From assembly GCF_036507355.1 (NCBI RefSeq), contig NZ_AP027882.1: 5,284 nucleotides of DNA; one strand, written 5' to 3'. The notes under the pieces were generated by a model. The model was not told the DNA's origin. It searched no databases and worked only from the letters and a program-made list of their open reading frames with translations. The position numbers and the translations under genes are program-made. Of this stretch, positions 1 to 5,284 are shown piece by piece; within the stretch, counting starts at the first letter, position 1; the number at the start of each line of letters is the position of its first letter. The stretch is from Escherichia coli (lineage in GTDB: Bacteria; Pseudomonadota; Gammaproteobacteria; Enterobacterales; Enterobacteriaceae).

Positions 1-10
1 AGCGGAGCCT

Positions 11-337
11 ATGGAAAAGCGAACGAAAGAGATCAAAATCCGGCTCACCGAAACCGAGCATCAGCTACTGCTTGAGCGCTGCGACCGGACTCATCTTGCT
101 GAGTGGCTGCGTCACCTTGGTCTGGGCGAGCACACCTCACGCAAGCGCCGTGTGCCCAGTGTGGCGCCCGAACTGCTGCGACAGGTCAGCGGGATTGGTA
201 ACAACCTGAACCAGATCGCCCGCCGTCTGAACCAGAGTGATTCCCTTACGCCCTCTGAACGTGTCTCGCTGCTTGCCGTGCTGAACAGTCTCGACCGGCA
301 GCTTGGCGATTTACTGGAGCAGAACCGTGATCGTTAA
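11..337 (+). CDS. mbeC: Relaxosome accessory protein of the MobC/MbeC family
   Basis: 108-aa ORF with GGAG at 4-7 ahead of the ATG. Translation (..LTETEHQLLLERCDR.., ..VSGIGNNLNQIARRLN..) reads like MobC/MbeC proteins of ColE1-type plasmids. Stop at 335-337 overlaps the start of the relaxase gene, the usual mbeC-mbeA arrangement. Assignment is from recalled family resemblance. Confidence 0.8.
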   Translation: MEKRTKEIKIRLTETEHQLLLERCDRTHLAEWLRHLGLGEHTSRKRRVPSVAPELLRQVSGIGNNLNQIARRLNQSDSLTPSERVSLLAVLNSLDRQLGDLLEQNRDR

Positions 338-1862
338 AATTCACTCGCGCGGTGCGGGCTCAGGCAGTGGTCCGGTGGATTATCTGCTGGGAAAAGACCG
401 GCAACGCGAACAGGCCAGTGTGCTGCGCGGCAACCCTGAATATGTGCGCGAGCTTATCGACGGCTGCGACTTTTCCCGCGCCTACACTTCCGGTGTGCTG
501 TCATTCCAGGAGCCGGACATTGCGGATGCCGAGAAATCGCGCCTGATGGATGAATGGGAGCACACGCTGCTGACCGGCCTCGACCGTGACCAGTACGCCT
601 GTCTGTGGGTGGAGCACCGCGACAAGGGACGGCTTGAGCTGAATTTTGTCATCCCGAACATCGAATTGCAGAGCGGCAAACGCCTTCAGCCCTACTTTGA
701 CCGCGCCGACCGCCCCCGCGTCAACGCCTGGCAGACCCTGACTAATGACCGGCTGGGGCTGCGTGACCCGAACGACCCGACCTGTCGCCGACCGCTGACA
801 CAGGCCAGCGATCTGCCCCGCGACAAACAGCTGGCGGCAGAGAAAATCACCACCGGCCTGATGAACCTGATGCAGCAGGGTGTGATCCGCAGCCGGCAGG
901 ACGTGGTGGCGCAGCTGGAAAGCTACGGCCTGACCGTGGCGCGGGAAACGAAAAGCAGCATCAGCATTGCCGATCCGGACGGTGGCAGAAATATCCGGCT
1001 GAAAGGAATGATTTATGAGCGAGATTTTAAATTTGGCGAAGGGCTTCGAGGAGAAATCGAAGCAGCAGGCGCAGGATATCGAGCAGAGCGTGAAGCGCGA
1101 GTTCGGGAGGCTGGAGATGTCTATCGGCGCGGAACTGCAATCAAGCTCGCAGAGCATCAGCAACGCTATCCGCGAGCAGAACGGCAGGCTGACGGGCATG
1201 ATCAGAGCCTCCGTCTCAACGGCGATGGCGTGGATATTCACCAGCTTCGCCCTGCTGATCGGCATCCTGGGCGGGATAATCTGGTTTCAGGGCACGATCA
1301 TCACCTCACGCCTGAGCGAAATGGACAGCTACAGCCAGCAGCTGGCGAGCCTGAAAGCGAAAAGTGGCGCGGGTGTGACGATTTACAGCGACGACTCCCG
1401 CCGGAACACCTACCTGGTGGTGCTGCCGAAGCAGGCACACGGTGTGGAAACCTACACGTCACAGGCCGGAAACACTGTAGTGAAATACACGGCGAAATAA
1501 CCCCATCAGAACGCCCTGAAACGCCTCAGCGCGTTTTTAACACCGAGGACGACCAAAACCATGACCGAGATGGAAAAACAGCTTCTGAGCGCCTTAGAGA
1601 GCTTACAGACAAGCTACGAGCAACAGCAGCAGGCATGGCAGGCCAGCTACAGCAGTTTGCAGCACATGTTCGAGACTACCTCGCAGGCGCTGGAACGCAG
1701 CGACAGGGTCTGTCAGCACTTGAGCAGTCAGGTGAACAGCTTGCGCGATCAGGTCGAGAACTTGAGCTGCAACGTCAGCCGGTTAATGCGCTCGTGAAGC
1801 AGCACGAACACCAGATTCAGATGGAAAAAAAGCGGACACGTTATCACGGCCTTTCAATTTAA
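327..1862 (+). CDS. mbeA: Mobilization relaxase, ColE1 MbeA-like (MOB HEN family)
   Basis: Long GC-rich ORF (open from TTG 303). N-terminus from GTG 327 reads MIVKIHSRGAGSGSGPVDYLLG, closely resembling ColE1 MbeA including the catalytic-Tyr context. Conserved stretch WVEHRDKGRLELNFVIPN (nt about 606-659) carries the His/Glu/Asn motif. GGAG at 316-319 sits 7 nt before GTG 327, so I prefer 327 over 303; the start is uncertain. Confidence 0.88.
   Translation: MIVKIHSRGAGSGSGPVDYLLGKDRQREQASVLRGNPEYVRELIDGCDFSRAYTSGVLSFQEPDIADAEKSRLMDEWEHTLLTGLDRDQYACLWVEHRDKGRLELNFVIPNIELQSGKRLQPYFDRADRPRVNAWQTLTNDRLGLRDPNDPTCRRPLTQASDLPRDKQLAAEKITTGLMNLMQQGVIRSRQDVVAQLESYGLTVARETKSSISIADPDGGRNIRLKGMIYERDFKFGEGLRGEIEAAGAGYRAEREARVREAGDVYRRGTAIKLAEHQQRYPRAERQADGHDQSLRLNGDGVDIHQLRPADRHPGRDNLVSGHDHHLTPERNGQLQPAAGEPESEKWRGCDDLQRRLPPEHLPGGAAEAGTRCGNLHVTGRKHCSEIHGEITPSERPETPQRVFNTEDDQNHDRDGKTASERLRELTDKLRATAAGMAGQLQQFAAHVRDYLAGAGTQRQGLSALEQSGEQLARSGRELELQRQPVNALVKQHEHQIQMEKKRTRYHGLSI
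1015..1500 (+). CDS. mbeB: Mobilization protein MbeB-like, nested within mbeA in an alternate frame
   Basis: 161-aa ORF in a different frame from mbeA, AAGGA 7 nt upstream of the ATG, central hydrophobic segment (AMAWIFTSFALLIGILGGIIWF). Position and size match the mbeB gene nested in ColE1 mbeA. Confidence 0.75.
   Translation: MSEILNLAKGFEEKSKQQAQDIEQSVKREFGRLEMSIGAELQSSSQSISNAIREQNGRLTGMIRASVSTAMAWIFTSFALLIGILGGIIWFQGTIITSRLSEMDSYSQQLASLKAKSGAGVTIYSDDSRRNTYLVVLPKQAHGVETYTSQAGNTVVKYTAK
1561..1797 (+). CDS. mbeD: MbeD-like mobilization/entry-exclusion protein, nested in the 3' part of mbeA
   Basis: 78-aa ORF in the same alternate frame as mbeB, GAGGA upstream, Gln/Ser-rich probable coiled coil (MTEMEKQLLSALESLQ..). 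Matches the position and character of ColE1 mbeD. Confidence 0.7.
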   Translation: MTEMEKQLLSALESLQTSYEQQQQAWQASYSSLQHMFETTSQALERSDRVCQHLSSQVNSLRDQVENLSCNVSRLMRS

Positions 1863-1897
1863 GAGTCATGTAAGTTGTTTTTAAGGTTTTTTTTAAC

Positions 1898-1925
1898 TTG
1901 ATATAAGGTCTATGTAATGTATATT
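1898..1925 (+). promoter_or_regulatory. Candidate sigma70 promoter (TTGATA, 16-bp spacer, TATATT) in the AT-rich islet, upstream of the 78-aa ORF
   Basis: TTGATA at 1898-1903 and TATATT at 1920-1925 with a 16-bp spacer, in a strongly AT-rich intergenic stretch. Sequence-pattern call only. Confidence 0.3.
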
Positions 1926-1958
1926 TATCTCGATTTTTAATTGAGGTAAAAAGTAAAA

Positions 1959-2195
1959 ATGGCTAAGGGTGCTCAAGCAATTTCTAAAGAAATAAACGAG
2001 TTAATGAGAAAAAACGGGAATGAGTGCATTACCTTGAAGTGGGAGCAGTTCTACGAGATATGTGAAAGAGAAAGGCTTGCAGAAGTAGTCATGGAAAGAG
2101 TGTCAGAAAGCCTTAAAAAAAATGACCTTCATATTATCTACGGTAACAACGTGATTATCGTAAGAGATTTCTGTTGGAAACCCGTTTCTCTTTAG
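1959..2195 (+). CDS. Hypothetical small protein (78 aa), unknown function
   Basis: ATG at 1959 preceded by GAGGT (1944-1948). AT-rich codon usage distinct from the flanking GC-rich genes. No family recognised from the translation. Only ORF in the islet. Confidence 0.5.
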   Translation: MAKGAQAISKEINELMRKNGNECITLKWEQFYEICERERLAEVVMERVSESLKKNDLHIIYGNNVIIVRDFCWKPVSL

Positions 2196-2201
2196 TGATT
2201 A

Positions 2202-2229
2202 GTGACAACGTGTTGTTTTAAGGTATAAG
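2202..2229 (+). promoter_or_regulatory. Candidate rep promoter (GTGACA, 16-bp spacer, TATAAG)
   Basis: GTGACA at 2202-2207 and TATAAG at 2224-2229. Would give a leader of roughly 140 nt before the rep start, consistent with leader-based control of ColE2-type rep genes. Pattern-based only. Confidence 0.3.
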
Positions 2230-2373
2230 TTTAACGGCAGAAAAAACAAAGCCCCGGCAATCATGAGCTATCTTGGCGGATGAGCATGACTACCAGGGCC
2301 AGGTACAAAACCTTGAAAGGATATTAGCACATGAACTGTGCCAGACAACAGCCCGCCATAAGCGCAGGGCGCT

Positions 2374-3270
2374 TTGAGTAACGCCGCACTCGAACTATTC
2401 AACGAACGCTTGCCGCACAAGCCGTACTTTTCGGACGATTTGCACTTTGGTGTACGCATTGCCGGCAAGGAACGCGCCATTCTGGCGAAATACATCCAGT
2501 TCAATCAGCCTCATGCCATGTTCTGGCTGGGATTCGATGTTGATCGCGCCGGTGCCGCTATTGACTGGAGTGACCGCAATGCTCCCGCGCCCACACTGAC
2601 CATCACCAACCCCGAAAACGGACACGCGCATCTGCTGTACGCGCTAAAAACCTCGATACGCACAGCGCCGGACGGAAAAATGAAGCCGCTGCGCTACGCT
2701 GCCGCCGTGGAGAACGCGCTACGTAAAAAATTAGAGGCTGACGCGGGGTATTCAGGGTTAATCTGCAAAAATCCGAACCACAGGCACTGGAAAATTGCCG
2801 TGTGGCAGCCGGAACTCTACACACTGGACTGGCTGGCCGATTTCCTTGACCTGAACGCTGCGAACGATAAAGAAATCGTTGCCGACTACGGATTAGGCCG
2901 TAACTGCACCTTGTTCGACAAAACCCGAAAATGGGCTTATCGTGCTATTCGTCAGGGCTGGCCTGAGTATGGACAATGGATGCTAGCTTGTGTTGAAAGA
3001 GCTACAGCTTACAACATGCAGTTTTCAGCACCATTAGATGAAAAGGAGGTCATAAGTATAGCGAAGAGTATATCTAAATGGACATATTCTAAATTCACAC
3101 AGCAATCTTTCGATGAATATGTTAAGAAAACACACTCAGCTGAATGTCAGAGTATAAGAGGGCGCAAGAGCTCTGGCGGAGGGCGGCCAAAAATAAGATC
3201 TGAGGAGTGGGTCTCTCTAGGTATTAGTCGCGCTACGTGGTATAGGAAGCACTATAAAAATGAAAATTAA
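2374..3270 (+). CDS. rep: ColE2-type plasmid replication initiator (Rep, primase-like replicase with PriCT-like and C-terminal HTH regions)
   Basis: 298-aa ORF starting at TTG 2374, with an in-frame stop at 2359-2361 just upstream. Translation (..ERLPHKPYFSDD..FDVDRAGAAIDWSDRNAPAP..NGHAHLLYAL..YSGLICKNPNHRHW..GLGRNCTLFDKTRKWAYRAIRQGWP..) follows the conserved blocks of ColE2-family Rep as I recall them. C-terminus has a basic tract and an HTH-like WVSLGISRATWYRK. Base composition switches from GC-rich to AT-rich near 2950. Confidence 0.85.
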   Translation: MSNAALELFNERLPHKPYFSDDLHFGVRIAGKERAILAKYIQFNQPHAMFWLGFDVDRAGAAIDWSDRNAPAPTLTITNPENGHAHLLYALKTSIRTAPDGKMKPLRYAAAVENALRKKLEADAGYSGLICKNPNHRHWKIAVWQPELYTLDWLADFLDLNAANDKEIVADYGLGRNCTLFDKTRKWAYRAIRQGWPEYGQWMLACVERATAYNMQFSAPLDEKEVISIAKSISKWTYSKFTQQSFDEYVKKTHSAECQSIRGRKSSGGGRPKIRSEEWVSLGISRATWYRKHYKNEN

Positions 3271-3916
3271 GATGTATGTCTTGTCTTTGTTTTTTTTGTT
3301 TATACCAATAATTTTTTATTTTTCTGGTATTGATGATGTCTGGAACGTTTTTACCAAAGCTAATGGTTTTTGTGATGGCGTCAGTAATCGTATTGTCTGT
3401 ATAACAGGTAATATGGGCAACCAGCTATCTCTATCCGTGTCAAGGTTATGCGTTTGTATTTTTTTGGTCTTTTTGTGTGGCTATACTTACTGGTGGTATA
3501 AGAGACAGCTTTCATTTTTGGATAGGGGGATTACCTCTGCCGAAGTGGTTGTTGTTGGATGCGAAAAAGAGTCAACTGAGTATCTGTCATTTTTGTCAAC
3601 TTACATAATGCCCCTGGTTTTTACAGACTTAACAAAACCTTCAAATGTTTTCAATTTCATTTTTATTCTAGTTATTGTCGGATTTCTTCATATAAAAACA
3701 AGAAGGATTCATAGCAACCCAACGCTTTCATTGTTTGGTGTTTCTGCTTACAAAATTGACTATATAATCAGGGTTGATGGTCAGGATTCTGATATCACAA
3801 AAGGATTGATTGTCCTGTCGAAGGATGAGATATCTGTGAAAAGTGTAATTCGAATCATAAAAAAAGAAGACTACATTACATTCGCAAAATACATAAGGAA
3901 CGATTCAAATGGCTGA
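3260..3916 (+). CDS. Multi-pass inner-membrane protein, unknown function (about 4 predicted TM helices plus a roughly 70-aa soluble C-terminal domain)
   Basis: 218-aa AT-rich ORF. Hydrophobic segments at about aa 5-23, 57-80, 108-121 and 129-145, followed by a charged tail. ATG 3260 overlaps the rep stop (3268-3270); AGGAAG at 3244-3249. An alternative in-frame ATG is at 3272. Confidence 0.7.
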   Translation: MKIKMYVLSLFFLFIPIIFYFSGIDDVWNVFTKANGFCDGVSNRIVCITGNMGNQLSLSVSRLCVCIFLVFLCGYTYWWYKRQLSFLDRGITSAEVVVVGCEKESTEYLSFLSTYIMPLVFTDLTKPSNVFNFIFILVIVGFLHIKTRRIHSNPTLSLFGVSAYKIDYIIRVDGQDSDITKGLIVLSKDEISVKSVIRIIKKEDYITFAKYIRNDSNG

Positions 3917-5054
3917 AGAAAAACTGGATTTAAGCGAGCTCCATCATGACGCGCAGAAGGCCTCTGAGCTCTCATCCTATTACTCCCACTTCGATACAAA
4001 GGTAGAAGATTTTGACCTTCATGTATATTTTAACTTTAGGCATAAGATAAAGGGCGGTGATGGAAAGTACCGTTACGAATATCGGGTTGCAAAAATAGAT
4101 GATACTACTGTTCTGAAAGAATCAATCAAAGATAACGTGATAACAAAAACCCTTAATGATCTAAGTAGCGGTAGAGTTGCAGTATCTGATATAAAGCAGC
4201 TTAGTGATAGGGCTAGCACTATATCATTTTTAGAAGATGCAAAGTCATACAAAGATGAACAGATGTCTTTTTTGACAGGTATTATTTTTGATAAGGGATT
4301 TGGAGGTGATGGGGATATTCCTGTCGTCAATTTTGAGAAGTTTGATAAAATATCAAAGGTTGACTCAATTGTTTTTGTCTTAAGGAAAGGTGATAAATGT
4401 ATAACAATATACAAAAAACAGTATCCTATACAGAACCTGACCAAACAGAAAAATCATTACTTCTCATATAGCAAAGATACGTTATCAAAAATAGATGCTG
4501 ACATGATATCAATTGATGGAAAAGCCTCTATTGTTTTTGTTAAAGGTACTGCATATATCTATGATCAGGATGTTTTTGAGAAATTTTTCGGATACAAGAA
4601 GTGGATAAAAAAAGTTGCGGGCGAATTTGTTTCTGAAATGAAGCAAAAATTTTCATCGATAGTAGACTTTGGAAAAGTTACCGACAGGCTTGAAAAAGAA
4701 AGTGCTGATGCAGATGCCTTTTCAAGGAAACTGGCAAGAATATATAACAATAAAGATCTAAGAGCTTCCTTTAATACTGTTACACCAGAAAAAATCAGTG
4801 ATTTTTTAGTTGAAAATGAGTATTTCGCTAGATTGCTAAAGTACAAATCAGCGGAAGAACCTTTAGAAGTATCAACCCATGATCAGCAGGAAGCATTTAT
4901 ATTAATAGTTTCTGAGGGCGTTCTTCGCTCGCTTATTACTGGTTTTGATTATTTAAGCCCTGCCGCGAAAAGAAAAATTGCGACAGGCCAAACCGCGCAA
5001 AAACCTTCTTCTGTAGTAACTAGGATACCCTCCAGCGCATCTGACGCCGCCTAA
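3909..5054 (+). CDS. Hypothetical 381-aa soluble protein, unknown function; candidate effector or sensor partner of the upstream membrane protein
   Basis: Long AT-rich ORF with AAGGAA 8 nt upstream. ATG 3909 overlaps the upstream stop (3914-3916) in an ATGGCTGA junction. No Walker, HxH, nuclease or other motif recognisable by eye. Ends just upstream of a strong hairpin plus T-run. Confidence 0.8.
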   Translation: MAEEKLDLSELHHDAQKASELSSYYSHFDTKVEDFDLHVYFNFRHKIKGGDGKYRYEYRVAKIDDTTVLKESIKDNVITKTLNDLSSGRVAVSDIKQLSDRASTISFLEDAKSYKDEQMSFLTGIIFDKGFGGDGDIPVVNFEKFDKISKVDSIVFVLRKGDKCITIYKKQYPIQNLTKQKNHYFSYSKDTLSKIDADMISIDGKASIVFVKGTAYIYDQDVFEKFFGYKKWIKKVAGEFVSEMKQKFSSIVDFGKVTDRLEKESADADAFSRKLARIYNNKDLRASFNTVTPEKISDFLVENEYFARLLKYKSAEEPLEVSTHDQQEAFILIVSEGVLRSLITGFDYLSPAAKRKIATGQTAQKPSSVVTRIPSSASDAA

Positions 5055-5077
5055 CGAACGAGCTTGAGACAAAACAA

Positions 5078-5125
5078 CCTATATCAGATAACAGCCCTCT
5101 CTAAGAGAGGGCTGTTTTTTTTGCA
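5078..5125 (+). other. Candidate ColE2-type replication origin element
   Basis: TATCAGATAACAGC at about 5081-5094 matches the core of the ColE2 ori as I remember it (recall, not search), and is followed immediately by the hairpin and T-run. It lies about 1.8 kb downstream of rep, not directly after it. Confidence 0.4.
5091..5122 (+). terminator. Rho-independent terminator-like hairpin with T-run closing the rep-cargo operon
   Basis: Perfect inverted repeat ACAGCCCTCTC (5091-5101) / GAGAGGGCTGT (5105-5115) around a TAA loop, followed by eight T (5115-5122). Read directly from the sequence. Confidence 0.65.
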
Positions 5126-5139
5126 GCCAGCACAGAATC

Positions 5140-5245
5140 TGACATACTACACCATACCATAAGCCAGTACACACAGCGTCCCCTCTGCGAGGTGCCGTCT
5201 GTGACTGGTTCAGGGGGCTCGCCGCCCCCCGAAACCCCCGGCATC
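5140..5245 (-). other. ColE1 bom-like oriT with putative nic site (minus strand)
   Basis: Minus strand reads ..GAACCAGTCAC..(31 nt)..GTGTGTACTGGCTTATGGTATG.., resembling the pBR322/ColE1 bom region ..GACCCAGTCAC..GTGTATACTGGCTTAACTATG.. recalled from memory. Putative nic within CTGG/CTTA, between plus-strand 5163 and 5164. GC-rich inverted repeat GGGGGC / GCCCCC at 5213-5229 nearby. Confidence 0.5.
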
Positions 5246-5284
5246 CACTGCGAAAAATTCTCACGGTGGTGCGAATTTTTTCTT

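Noticed and set aside
352-679. Short ORFs (plus strand 352-546, minus strand 482-679) inside the 5' part of mbeA
   Set aside because: Out-of-frame or antisense to the conserved relaxase N-terminal domain; Cys/Arg-rich translations typical of frame artefacts.
501-1265. 254-aa ORF on the minus strand antisense to mbeA
   Set aside because: Lies entirely opposite a well-supported GC-rich relaxase gene; long antisense ORFs are common in GC-rich coding DNA. No start context and no recognisable protein features.
2268-2824. Three minus-strand ORFs (2268-2504, 2395-2631, 2603-2824) overlapping the rep leader and rep
   Set aside because: Antisense to the conserved Rep core, Arg/Ala-rich low-complexity translations, no ribosome-binding sites noted.
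4073-4846. Minus-strand ORFs (4073-4444, 4565-4846) inside the 381-aa gene
   Set aside because: Antisense to a long ORF with good start context and translational coupling; their translations are low-complexity Ser/Leu/Phe-rich.
1863-5054. Insertion sequence or transposon as the source of the AT-rich blocks
   Set aside because: No transposase-like ORF, and no terminal inverted repeats or flanking direct repeats visible by eye. The blocks look like recombinational mosaicism, though short target duplications could be missed without computation.
5079-5264. 61-aa minus-strand ORF across the 3' end region
   Set aside because: Spans the hairpin/T-run and the oriT-like region; Arg/Cys-rich translation. 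The region is better explained as origin and oriT DNA.
1-5284. ColE1-type RNAI/RNAII replication control and a rom gene
   Set aside because: Expected alongside ColE1-like mob genes, but I found no such region; the Rep protein and ori-like motif point to ColE2-type replication instead.
1-5284. CRISPR array or other long tandem repeats
   Set aside because: No regularly spaced direct repeats seen; only the very short TAGTGA tandem at 2194-2207 and a CCCCC repeat near 5225-5239.

Overview
This window looks like most of a small mosaic mobilizable plasmid of the enterobacterial ColE type. Bases 11-1862 (GC-rich) carry a ColE1-family mobilization module: mbeC, the relaxase mbeA, and mbeB and mbeD nested inside mbeA in another frame. 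An AT-rich islet (about 1863-2230) holds a probable promoter and a 78-aa ORF of unknown function. A ColE2-type rep gene (2374-3270) follows; its 5' two-thirds are GC-rich and its 3' third is AT-rich. Rep runs without a gap into an AT-rich two-gene operon (3260-5054) encoding a multi-pass membrane protein and a 381-aa soluble protein, neither with a motif I can recognise. This pair is the best candidate for an undescribed accessory or defence-like system. The 3' end (5055-5284, GC-rich) has a ColE2-like origin motif fused to a perfect hairpin plus T-run, then a ColE1 bom-like oriT/nic region on the minus strand. All family assignments rest on reading the translations against remembered family sequences, not on a search. 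I found no CRISPR array, tRNA, rRNA or transposase.
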